A stretch of 64,000 nt of DNA from positions 1,664,001 through 1,728,000 of the forward strand of contig OY843751.1 of assembly GCA_963693055.1 (NCBI GenBank), given 5' to 3'. The DNA is from a bacterium. Lineage in GTDB: Bacteria > Zhuqueibacterota > Zhuqueibacteria > Residuimicrobiales > Krinioviventaceae. Both the position numbers and the translations under genes were made by a program. Within the stretch, counting starts at the first letter, position 1. Each line of letters begins with the position of its first letter. Of the stretch, positions 38,601 through 47,164 are shown one piece after another. The notes under the pieces are model-generated. The model was not told where the DNA came from, searched no databases, and saw only the letters and a list, made by a program, of their open reading frames with translations.

Positions 38601-39030
38601 TTGTTGTGCCCCAATTGATTATTGCGGGTAAATCAAAATCCCATTTTAGAGTACCGTTTTTTCCATCCAGACAAACCACTTTACCGGGATTTGTAACAAT
38701 CAGTATCTCGGGTTTTTTATCTCCATTCAGATCTGCTACTGTTGATGGATTACTGATCTGGACATTTGTTTCATAGGCCCACATTTTATGTCCAACGGAA
38801 TTAACGGCCATTACCTGTCCGGCAGTAGTGCAGAGAACCAGATCATTAATACCATCACGATCAAGATCAGCAACACCCGGCGATGCATCTACATTACCGT
38901 TTGGTGTTTTTAACTGCCAGACCCTGGTACCTGCAAAACTTGTTGAACAACTAAATACAATACCCAACAGGATGAACATAGAGTACCATAAAAAATTACC
39001 AAAACCTGCACGCTTGAATGCCGTTGTCAT
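35617..39030 (-). CDS. Secreted FG-GAP/PQQ-like beta-propeller fused to a DUF4091/GH123-like module
   Basis: Repeats ADLDRDGIND, ADLNGDKKPE, ADLNKDGENE, GDIDLDGIKE; C-terminal IDEP, DIWCPN, IWTY, GIGFWSY, KRWEAIRDGVEDF. Confidence 0.75.
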   Translation of the reverse strand: MTTAFKRAGFGNFLWYSMFILLGIVFSCSTSFAGTRVWQLKTPNGNVDASPGVADLDRDGINDLVLCTTAGQVMAVNSVGHKMWAYETNVQISNPSTVADLNGDKKPEILIVTNPGKVVCLDGKNGTLKWDFDLPAIINWGTTSLAVGNLLNDNKLEIIAADSKGHLTCLDSFGKQLWQIKIDGNFNTCPAIADLNKDGENEILAGSSTFPLICFSNKGKELWHIKGKSSGTSPLVYDLDNDNKTEIITSCAEDLTVLNNKGEIIWQYAMEHPIHDGVSVGDIDLDGIKEIIAIDFMGNIACINAKGKLQWTAKISEKARRSPTIADINNDSKLEILIAGNNAHLHVYSIEGDLEEDIPLLGKCNSSPTIVDFKNNGHLTVICPTTNNVSAFTWTKSNSNFTPLVQFSEYRGNSARTGTLQHAPKSLTAHIASIDYGNMYVGENNFSVTMKNPEKKKLEIELAIIKNNSSTLLQTATFQDSTFDFKLLYSLTARNAVNIQFIAKLKQGKHVISKIEKAFYIIPYAKDISDIKSILANVKSLLPQLSKSKFVADQSKLLEFRFSVLQEKTEVAGTLDNLQRIETREQVATLRKEATALLKMAEAAIDAGTTLAVYAANPWAPFGNSDEIIEGRTDAPNVSVYAFAGETESAAFNLANFSDKPIFVRIEPDGFISAKDSSTILASKVMTLHQVIDVPTEMLDNSGDALPLLGQGQTLLIPQWGLRQLWINVNTSTLNPGVWKSAIRIRSLEPKSREAVANLVVNVSKIALPVKQELNLCHWGYVHNSILKDMPQLALDDQVSHGTNVFVATNDFSPKAKFDENGNIIGNIDFSKHDVYMKNHSPHGTILFFNYQHSLSGPAKPFDPVWEKAHAEWLKAWFNHIKTLGIDYKDYALYPIDEPGLHKGLVEKFVSYSKVIRKVDEQVQIYTDPVGKASMEDLEKMAPYVDIWCPNRNDYLLDIGADKLAFIKSTNKTIWTYACDGNAKHQSPLGYYRAQAWLADHHDLTGIGFWSYCTSRYNPWFTPVGGNDYLLIYQGDGVVASKRWEAIRDGVEDFSMLQLFKQTVNNAQNADPQIKQAAQKLLNTNTFEIAAFCGWDADGTQPTNDGMSVLRKVEDARWQKIQSTRKEIMTLLEKLEK

Positions 39031-39186
39031 TGATTTCTCCCTAATTTAAAGTGAGGTTGGTGTAACATTATTAAGATAAATTTATGCTAGAAAATGTTTT
39101 TCGACTGGTTAAAACAATATCCTGTATATAGGATGGAAAATAATAAAAATAAGTAATGATTATATTTGGTAATGGATGCATGATTT

Positions 39187-39217
39187 AAAAAAAAGGGGCC
39201 CGAAGGTCCCCATTTTT
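39187..39217 (-). terminator. Rho-independent terminator
   Basis: A8-GGGGCC-cgaa-GGTCCCC (T-tract on the minus strand). Confidence 0.7.
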
Positions 39218-40118
39218 ATTCTTTTACAGGTTGATCACCAAATGTTTCATATGACCATGTAAATTCATCATCTTTAATATCAACCATTACATAACCGGGA
39301 GGAAAACCATCTCTGGCACCTTTCCACCATGCTCCGCAAACAGCACCACCCGTGATATAATGAACATCATTGTATATGATTTCTTCTACAACATGTAAAT
39401 GTCCTTGAAGAACAAGTTTCAAGTTGTAACCGTCAAAACATTTAATTACATCGACAGAGTTGTTAACAACTGCACCATTACCCAGGGCACTTGTGGCACC
39501 GTTTTTCATTTGTTGGTAAACCGATGTCAGGGGAATATGTAAGGAAACAACAATGGGTTTTTGTTTGCCAGTTTGCATGAGGTCTTTGCGCAGCCAATCG
39601 ATTTGAAGTGAATCAATGTATCCATAATATTCACGGTCATTAGTAAAGCCTACGGCATCCAGAATAATAAAATGCCATCCTTTATGATCAAATGAGAAAT
39701 AGGTTTTTCCATCTCCCAGTTTGTTTTTAAACATTTCTTTGCCAAACATTGGGTTTTCAGGTTGTATACCACTTTTTTTATATAAGCCAAAATTTTCATG
39801 ATTACCCAGTGTATTGTAAACTGGCATTTGGAATATCGCTGATTTGTCCAAATATAATTGGTATAATTGTTCTGCGCGTTCTTGTGATTGTCCCAATGCG
39901 TCCATTATGAGATCACCACCAGTAATCACAAAGTCGGGATTTAAAGTGTTAACACTGTTTACACATTTTTCAAATCTGGCATCTGCTTGTAACTCGGGTT
40001 GAATATGGATGTCTGTTAGAAATGCAAAACTAAACTCTGTACTCTTTTTATTTGTGCATGAAGATAATGTTAATAGAACAATGAAAAGTGTTATTACCGA
40101 CTTTAGATTTTTGATCAT
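39216..40118 (-). CDS. Calcineurin-like metallophosphoesterase (CpdA/Icc-like), lipoprotein
   Basis: TDIH, GGDL, GNHE, H, GHLH motifs; lipobox LSSC. Confidence 0.9.
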   Translation of the reverse strand: MIKNLKSVITLFIVLLTLSSCTNKKSTEFSFAFLTDIHIQPELQADARFEKCVNSVNTLNPDFVITGGDLIMDALGQSQERAEQLYQLYLDKSAIFQMPVYNTLGNHENFGLYKKSGIQPENPMFGKEMFKNKLGDGKTYFSFDHKGWHFIILDAVGFTNDREYYGYIDSLQIDWLRKDLMQTGKQKPIVVSLHIPLTSVYQQMKNGATSALGNGAVVNNSVDVIKCFDGYNLKLVLQGHLHVVEEIIYNDVHYITGGAVCGAWWKGARDGFPPGYVMVDIKDDEFTWSYETFGDQPVKE

Positions 40119-40182
40119 TAGAGATTCCTTTCTTTATTTAAAAGAGTATACGAAAATTAGACATAATTAGCGAATTGTTTTT

Positions 40183-41262
40183 TTAATCGGGTATTAATAT
40201 CTTGACATACGTACCATTTTTATTTCCTAATTGTATTGAACCTCCTAATTGATTGTTGACCAAAAGTGAAACAAGGCGCATTCCCAAAGATTTGCTGTTT
40301 TCTATTTTAAAATTGGCAGGAATACCTACACCATTATCTTGAATAGTAATAATTAACTGATTTTCTGTATTTGAAATGTTAATAAAAATTTCTCCCTTGC
40401 CATTAAAGCTGTCAGGAAAGGCATGCTTGAAAGCATTTGTTATTAATTCGTTTATTATTAATCCTACTGGAATAGCTCTGTTAATATCGAGATTAACTTT
40501 GTTTATATCTGTTCGTATTGATATTTTGTTCATATCAATTGTATATGATTTGATTAAATTGTTAACCAAGTTGGATATGTATATATTGAGATCGATACTG
40601 CTTAGGTCGTCTGATTGATATAACTTTTCATGAACCAACGACATGGAATTGATACGATTATAAGTTTCTTGCAGCATTTCTTTCACTTTAGGATCGTTGA
40701 TTTGATTGGTTTGCAGACTGATCAGGCTTGAAATGATCATGAAATTATTTTTTACACGATGATGTATTTCTTTTAATAATAATTCTTTTTCAGCCAAGAG
40801 TTTTGTTAGTTCTTTTTCAGTTGTTTCTTTTTTTATTAAACTTTTTTCCAGTACCTGATTGAGATGTTCAAGTTTTACAAAATCTTTGTGACGTTCAACT
40901 GCGATTATAATTGAGCGTTCAATTTCTTCGGCCTTGGGGGGTTTGGTTAAAAAGGCGCCTACGCCATATTCACCTGCTTTGTGGATAAATTCAGAAGCAT
41001 CGTGAGCTGTTAGAATAACAATAGGCGTTGATTTAATTTTTTGTATTTCTTTTGCCGCTGTCAGCCCATCCATTTGTGGCATTTGAATATCCATTAGAAC
41101 AACATCAGGAACAAGTGTTTTTACCATTTCAACAGCTTGTAAACCATTTGTTGCAATCCCTACATATTGACAACCAATTTTTTTTATAGATCTTTTTATT
41201 TCCTCACAAACCAGATAATCATCCTCAGCAATTAATATCCTATAATTGTCGTTACTTTGCAT
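40183..41262 (-). CDS. REC + HisKA_2 + HATPase hybrid
   Basis: AEDD...DVVLMDIQMP; LKEIHHRVKNN; NELITNAFKHAF; DNGVG. Confidence 0.9.
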   Translation of the reverse strand: MQSNDNYRILIAEDDYLVCEEIKRSIKKIGCQYVGIATNGLQAVEMVKTLVPDVVLMDIQMPQMDGLTAAKEIQKIKSTPIVILTAHDASEFIHKAGEYGVGAFLTKPPKAEEIERSIIIAVERHKDFVKLEHLNQVLEKSLIKKETTEKELTKLLAEKELLLKEIHHRVKNNFMIISSLISLQTNQINDPKVKEMLQETYNRINSMSLVHEKLYQSDDLSSIDLNIYISNLVNNLIKSYTIDMNKISIRTDINKVNLDINRAIPVGLIINELITNAFKHAFPDSFNGKGEIFINISNTENQLIITIQDNGVGIPANFKIENSKSLGMRLVSLLVNNQLGGSIQLGNKNGTYVKILIPD

Positions 41263-41275
41263 TCATTAACTCCTG

Positions 41276-44200
41276 TTATTCATCAATATCGGGATTGGGT
41301 ATTACCAAATTAACAACAGCTCCTTTTTCATTACTTAATTTTATAGTACCATTTAAGCTGTGTTCTACAATGCCCTTGACAAGTTCAAATCCAATATTGA
41401 TGTAATTGTCATCCAGTTTTAGGATTTGTTTGGAAAAACCGGGACCATTGTCTTTAAATTTTAGATTAATCTGATTTTTCCTTTTATGAATTTGAATTTT
41501 TATTTTTAGAGATGTTTGCTTTTCAAGGGCATGTTTGATAGAATTTGTAGCCAATTCGTTCAAGACGATAGATAAATTTTGTGCAATCCTACTATTTACA
41601 AGTACAGAAGAATGATCTACATGCAGTAAAATATTTTTGTAAGAGGGATCACCTTGAATGATATTGGAGATTATTTTCTCACATAATTCATTTAACAAAA
41701 TTGGCTGCCATTTGTTTTGCGACAACATGGTGTGTACTGTTAACAAACCATCAACTCGAATTTTAAGATTTTTGATTAAAGGAATATATTGTTCATAACC
41801 TTTTCGTTCAGCTCTATCCATTTCTTTATGGAGCATGCTAATGATTGCCGAAAGATTATTTTTTACTCTGTGGTTTACCTCTTGTAATAGTATTTTTTGA
41901 GTGTCGGCATAGTTTTTTAATTTTTCAGCATTACGGACGCGATGTGTTATATCATCAAATGTGGTTGCTACACTGACTGGTTTTGCATAACCTTCATTAA
42001 AGATGGGGTTTGCATTAACCAGTATCCATTTATATTCATCTTCGTTATAATTGTATACTCCCATGGTTACATTATTAACACTTTTACCGGTTCTCAGGGC
42101 TATCATTGCCGGATGATTATCACCCGTGAGAGGGGTTCCATCTTCTTTAATTGCACGCCATTCTTTGTAATAAGAGGTTTTGCCCTGCATTTCATCTTCA
42201 GTGTAACCCAGAATCATTTCAGCCGCGGGATTCACTGATATAATCTCTCCATCCTTGTTTTGATATACAACGCCCTGGGCCATGGTTTCGAAAAGCGTTC
42301 TGAATTTTTTTTCACTTGCCAATATTGCATTTTCTGCTTTTTTGCGTTCGGTTATATCTCTAAAAATAGCCATTACATAATTACCGTTATGGATTTGTAA
42401 TTTGTTCAGGCTGACTTCGATTAGAAACTCTGTACTATCTTTTCTTTTATGGTTCCATTCAAATAGAATATTCTCTCCACTTAAAACTCGTTTAATAATA
42501 TATTCCCCTTTGTTCTTTGACAATTGCCCATCCGGTTGATATTTGGGAGACAGGTCAATATGTGGGGCTTTTCCAAGTATACTGTGTTTATCATATTGAA
42601 AACGTTCTAATGTTTTTGTATTACAGTCAAAAATTTTAAGATCTTTAAAAATAAATATAGCATCATTTGCATTTTCAAATAGTGTTTTATACTTGTTTTC
42701 ACTTTCTAACAAGGCATCCTGATTTTGTTTTTGTTCGGTAATGTCCATGACTGAAACAAAAATCCTTGACCATGTATCACTATAGCCAGCAGGGATAATG
42801 GCATGAATAATGATCCATTTTTCCTGACCATTAACGATTTGTTTATACATATTGCTTTTATAAAATGACTCATTATTACAAAATGTAAGCAATTCATGTT
42901 TGAAAATTTGTTCAGCATTATCATCCAGTACAATTTGATTTGTTTTCAAAATGTCTTCTTTTGAATTAATGTTTAGATAATTCATAGTCGCTTTGTTTAT
43001 GTTGATTATTTTGATAGAGCGGATGCATTGCTGAAATATTTGAGGGTGATCGTTAAAGTATTTTTCAAAATGTTTTACACGCTTTTTCTTTAAATTATCA
43101 ACTATTAATTTCACTTTTGAGAAATCTTCTTCCCATAGTGGGGTAGGAGAATTTTCAAATAGAATGCGGTATCGTTCTTCACTTAGTTCCAATTCTTTGA
43201 TTGAAGATTTTAATGGCGTAATATCTTCATATGTACCCAGAATACCAATCAGATTTTCTGAAGAATCTGTTAACGGTATTTTACTGGTTTTATACCAGTG
43301 TAATGTATTATCTTTTGCGTATCGTGTTTCTTCAAAATTCAATCGGGACTTTTTGCTGTCCATAACAGATTTATCATCCATAATGAATTTTTCTGCAAAC
43401 TCTTTCCAGACCAGGTCCCAATCGGTTTTGCTAATTATTTCAGACTCGCTTTCCAAACCAGCATCTTGAGCAAAAATTGAATTACAGCCCAGGTATTTTG
43501 AATCTAAATCTTTCCAAAAAACACGAACATGCAGTGAATCGAGTATTGTTCTGAGCATTGTTTTTGAATCTTTGAGTGCTTTGGTTGTTTTTTTGTTTTC
43601 TGTAAAATCATTGATATAAACTACAATCTGAATCACCTTATTATTCTTGTCTATTATTGGATAGATGGTGTTAAGATAAAAACGACCTAAACTTTCATCT
43701 TGGAATTCAACTGTTTTTTGGGTTCTAATGGCAGATTGTATCATCGATTTTCGAGTCTTGGCAACATCGAGCGGGAGTAATGAATATAAATTCATTCCTT
43801 CTATCTCTGTTACCGGGAACTGTAATATTTTTGCTGTTGCTTTATTGGTAACCAGAATACTACCTTGAGTATCTATCAAGATAAATACTTGAGAAATAGC
43901 ATTGATTAATGTTCTAAGGTTTTCTTCATTAATATTTGAGGTGTTTTGGGACCTTGTCATCCATGTTAATTGCGAGTCTTTGTTTTCCCATTCTTTTACA
44001 AGCATGAGATCAATAAAATCGAAACAGGCATGAAGGAATTGAGTGCAATCGGATTTATTTATTTTCTTTTGATTACATAATTCAAGATAGATATTTTGAA
44101 AGGTTTTCATGATTTCCATCAACGTAGAAAGGGGGACTTGTTCTATATTGGTGGAAATAAAGTAACGAGTGAACTGAATCAGTGAAGAGTTTTCTGATAG

Positions 44201-44398
44201 ATTTTGTAAGCCAGGTATGGTGTTGTTGGTTTGATTAACCGTTTTTGAAATAAACCCATTAAAGAAGGAAATGATGTTTTTAATATCTAGCTCGAGACCT
44301 TTATAATGGATTTTATTATTGTTTTGAATAAAAAACTGTTCCGCTTTATGTATCAACCATTCTTCATGAGCCTGTATGGTTTTAACCAGTTCTTTCAT
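41276..44398 (-). CDS. Cytoplasmic multi-PAS (about 5) HisKA_2 histidine kinase
   Basis: PAS/PAC units ending DFTE, DITP, DITE, DITE, DITH; EVNHRVKNN; NELATNSIKHA; DNGPG. Confidence 0.9.
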   Translation of the reverse strand: MKELVKTIQAHEEWLIHKAEQFFIQNNNKIHYKGLELDIKNIISFFNGFISKTVNQTNNTIPGLQNLSENSSLIQFTRYFISTNIEQVPLSTLMEIMKTFQNIYLELCNQKKINKSDCTQFLHACFDFIDLMLVKEWENKDSQLTWMTRSQNTSNINEENLRTLINAISQVFILIDTQGSILVTNKATAKILQFPVTEIEGMNLYSLLPLDVAKTRKSMIQSAIRTQKTVEFQDESLGRFYLNTIYPIIDKNNKVIQIVVYINDFTENKKTTKALKDSKTMLRTILDSLHVRVFWKDLDSKYLGCNSIFAQDAGLESESEIISKTDWDLVWKEFAEKFIMDDKSVMDSKKSRLNFEETRYAKDNTLHWYKTSKIPLTDSSENLIGILGTYEDITPLKSSIKELELSEERYRILFENSPTPLWEEDFSKVKLIVDNLKKKRVKHFEKYFNDHPQIFQQCIRSIKIININKATMNYLNINSKEDILKTNQIVLDDNAEQIFKHELLTFCNNESFYKSNMYKQIVNGQEKWIIIHAIIPAGYSDTWSRIFVSVMDITEQKQNQDALLESENKYKTLFENANDAIFIFKDLKIFDCNTKTLERFQYDKHSILGKAPHIDLSPKYQPDGQLSKNKGEYIIKRVLSGENILFEWNHKRKDSTEFLIEVSLNKLQIHNGNYVMAIFRDITERKKAENAILASEKKFRTLFETMAQGVVYQNKDGEIISVNPAAEMILGYTEDEMQGKTSYYKEWRAIKEDGTPLTGDNHPAMIALRTGKSVNNVTMGVYNYNEDEYKWILVNANPIFNEGYAKPVSVATTFDDITHRVRNAEKLKNYADTQKILLQEVNHRVKNNLSAIISMLHKEMDRAERKGYEQYIPLIKNLKIRVDGLLTVHTMLSQNKWQPILLNELCEKIISNIIQGDPSYKNILLHVDHSSVLVNSRIAQNLSIVLNELATNSIKHALEKQTSLKIKIQIHKRKNQINLKFKDNGPGFSKQILKLDDNYINIGFELVKGIVEHSLNGTIKLSNEKGAVVNLVIPNPDIDE

Positions 44399-44582
44399 GA
44401 AAACCTCACTTTTATTGATACACAATTATAATCTTTTATTAATTTTTATATACCACGCTAGTTTCAGTAACAAGTATATTTTTAAATAATTATATTGTGT
44501 GTTTTTTTATATATTTATTGTTTTATGTATTGAAATTGATACAATATATATAATTAATATCACGGAGAAATCGGTCTATTTT

Positions 44583-44909
44583 ATGTCAAAACGACTCGAA
44601 CGAGAAAAGAAAACTATTCAAATTATGATCAAAATGTATTGTGTTGATCATCATAATTCTAATGCTGATGAATTATGTACAGAGTGTGATGTATTGTGGA
44701 ATTACGCTCAAAAAAGATTGTTCCGCTGTCCATTTGGTGAGGATAAACCCACTTGCGCAAAATGTCCGGTTCATTGCTACAAGCCTGAAATGCGGAATCA
44801 AGTTCGTGAAATTATGCGGTATGCGGGTCCAAGAATGATCATCAAACATCCTGTATTAGCTTTCTGGCACATTATTGATGGATTTAAAAGAACAGAAAAA
44901 AAGAGTTGA
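44583..44909 (+). CDS. YgbA (nitrous oxide-stimulated promoter) family protein
   Basis: REKKTI...YC...C..C...RL..CPFGEDKPTCAKCPVHCY...MRYAGPRM...HP. Confidence 0.9.
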   Translation: MSKRLEREKKTIQIMIKMYCVDHHNSNADELCTECDVLWNYAQKRLFRCPFGEDKPTCAKCPVHCYKPEMRNQVREIMRYAGPRMIIKHPVLAFWHIIDGFKRTEKKS

Positions 44910-44959
44910 GTAAATAAAATATTCAACAATACAAGTATACCTATCATTACATTAATATA

Positions 44960-46177
44960 TTAATTGGGTGATCTTTCGATCAATATATCATCGTCAGTGT
45001 TGGTTATTTTGTCTGGTCCTGCACTCCAAAGATAGTAACTGTTATCACCCGTAAGCTGATACCCGTAAGGATTGCCATCGTACGGATCTATGGGTTCCGG
45101 TATTCCCGGACGGTATTGCTGCCAGTAGGGTGAAAGAGAGTTATTACTTGGTAGGGGGAGCTCTCCGGTTGATCTGTAAATATGGTTTACCAACTGTACC
45201 AAATTCTCAAGATCCTGGTTTATTTTGTGATTTTGCTGTCCATCGGAAATAAAAGATGTATTTGAATATTCAGTATTTGTTTGTAACTGCTGCAAGCTGC
45301 TTTGGAATTTGGGGACAATGGCTACTAAACTAATGATTCCTATTATGACAGGTAGTATAATAAAAGCGCTTAATATTGCCAGTGCTTTTATTGTTCCACT
45401 ATTATCACCAGGCAAGTTTGAAACATAGCGGGGATCAATAACCGCTACCCGTTCAATCAATGGGGGATACATACTAAGCCATTGCCCTATTGTCAAGAAT
45501 CCTGTGTTGATATCAAGTTTTTGGTTGACAAAAGCATGGAGGTTAACATGGGGACCGACTTTACCACCAGCAGATAAAATTGTTAATCCTGTTAATGCAC
45601 CTTTGGGATCATTTGCAAGTGCCACACCGTATCTGTCACAGGTAAACTCGCGCGCCCTGGAATAGGCTGAACCCAAAAAAGGGATTATCATTGCGGGTGC
45701 AATAAACCACCACCATTTTAAATGTCCCGCCTTGTGATGGCCTATTTCATGCCCAATAACCATATCTCTGGCACCCTTGTTGGCGCCACATGCTTCTAAA
45801 AGATCTGAATAGAGAATGATTATTTTTGAACGAAAAAATTTTGTTGCCAATGCATTCAAACTTCCGCCTGCCTGCATTATATAAGCATCTGGTATGTCTG
45901 TCAAGCCTGCTTTTTCACTCAATAGTACAACGCGATTGTACAAATCTGGGAATTGATCGGGGCCCAATTTTACCGCACTTCCCTTTATGTGGGTGATAAA
46001 GAGCAAGTGAGATATAAAGAAAAACAGGGCAAAAAATAGTGCATATACCAACCCTAAAACAGTTACTACTAGAGTTAACCATATCAAGCTGGAAATAATA
46101 ACCATTACAATAAACAGTGGCATCTCTGCCGGATGGTGATTTACATGAATTGGATCAATTAGAGTATTGGATTGCAC
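44960..46177 (-). CDS. M48-family Zn protease fused to a GspG-like pseudopilin C-terminal domain
   Basis: LNALA, HEIGH, YSRAREFTCDR; C-terminal IDPYDGNPYGY...LWSAGPDKITNTDDDI. Confidence 0.75.
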   Translation of the reverse strand: MQSNTLIDPIHVNHHPAEMPLFIVMVIISSLIWLTLVVTVLGLVYALFFALFFFISHLLFITHIKGSAVKLGPDQFPDLYNRVVLLSEKAGLTDIPDAYIMQAGGSLNALATKFFRSKIIILYSDLLEACGANKGARDMVIGHEIGHHKAGHLKWWWFIAPAMIIPFLGSAYSRAREFTCDRYGVALANDPKGALTGLTILSAGGKVGPHVNLHAFVNQKLDINTGFLTIGQWLSMYPPLIERVAVIDPRYVSNLPGDNSGTIKALAILSAFIILPVIIGIISLVAIVPKFQSSLQQLQTNTEYSNTSFISDGQQNHKINQDLENLVQLVNHIYRSTGELPLPSNNSLSPYWQQYRPGIPEPIDPYDGNPYGYQLTGDNSYYLWSAGPDKITNTDDDILIERSPN

Positions 46178-46206
46178 AGTATTCTCCGGTTAAAGCTGAT
46201 AATTGT

Positions 46207-46971
46207 TTAAAACCCATTAATTAAAAATCCCCCGTCAACAGCAATGCATTGACCGGTTATATATGAAGATGCCTGCATGCATAAAAAACTTACTACGGAA
46301 GATATTTCTTCCGGTTCAGCAATTCTTTGCATGGGCGTACGGTCTAGTATTTCATTGAGAGACTTTTCATTATCAATCAAAGGGGCTACCAGGGGTGTGC
46401 GGGTATACCAGGGAGCAACCGCATTGACGCGTATATTATCGGATACCCATTCAACTGCCAGGTTTTTGGTTAACTGGTTTAAAGCTGCTTTGCTCATGGC
46501 ATAGGGAGCCCCTGTTTTTAAATGCGTGAATCCTGCAACAGATAAAACATTGACCACTGTACCCGTACCGGATTTTTTTAACAGGGGCCAGGCTTTTTGG
46601 CAAAAATCAAATGCCGAATGCAGGTTTGTATTCATGATGGTGTTATACTCGGCGGGAGAATATTCTACAGCTTTTTTCCTGATATTTGTCCCTACATTGT
46701 TGACCAGAATATCCATTGTTGGCCATAATTCTTTGATATGAGTAAATAAATTTTCACGATCCTGTTCATTGGATACATCAACTGCCATACCCCAGGCATT
46801 GTAACCTTGTTTTTGCCAGTTTTCAACAAGCTGATTTACCTGATCTTTATTTCTGGCTGTTATAAAAACTTGTCCACCAAGTTCCAGGATTTCGTTTGCA
46901 ATGGCCAAACCAATTCCTTTGGTTCCGCCGGTAATCAAGGCCCGCTTATCTTCAAGTCGCCATTTATTCAT
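46207..46971 (-). CDS. SDR oxidoreductase, tropinone-reductase-like
   Basis: [27 protein letters not shown]. Confidence 0.9.
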   Translation of the reverse strand: MNKWRLEDKRALITGGTKGIGLAIANEILELGGQVFITARNKDQVNQLVENWQKQGYNAWGMAVDVSNEQDRENLFTHIKELWPTMDILVNNVGTNIRKKAVEYSPAEYNTIMNTNLHSAFDFCQKAWPLLKKSGTGTVVNVLSVAGFTHLKTGAPYAMSKAALNQLTKNLAVEWVSDNIRVNAVAPWYTRTPLVAPLIDNEKSLNEILDRTPMQRIAEPEEISSVVSFLCMQASSYITGQCIAVDGGFLINGF

Positions 46972-47118
46972 ATTAGCCTTTCTGTTAAAAAAGAGAGTAT
47001 ATAAAATAAAGCATAAATAATGTGTTTTTCAAGAAATTTTTGCGAGTTATATAGAAAAATGTAGTAATGGGGAAGATGAATATAGATGTTGTTCTTGAAT
47101 CCGAATTTGAATTATAAT

Positions 47119-47146
47119 AAAAAAAAGCGGGCCTATTTGGCCCGCT
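47119..47146 (-). terminator. Rho-independent terminator
   Basis: A-tract + AGCGGGCC-tattt-GGCCCGCT. Confidence 0.75.
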
Positions 47147-47164
47147 GGATTGATAACTGGTGAT

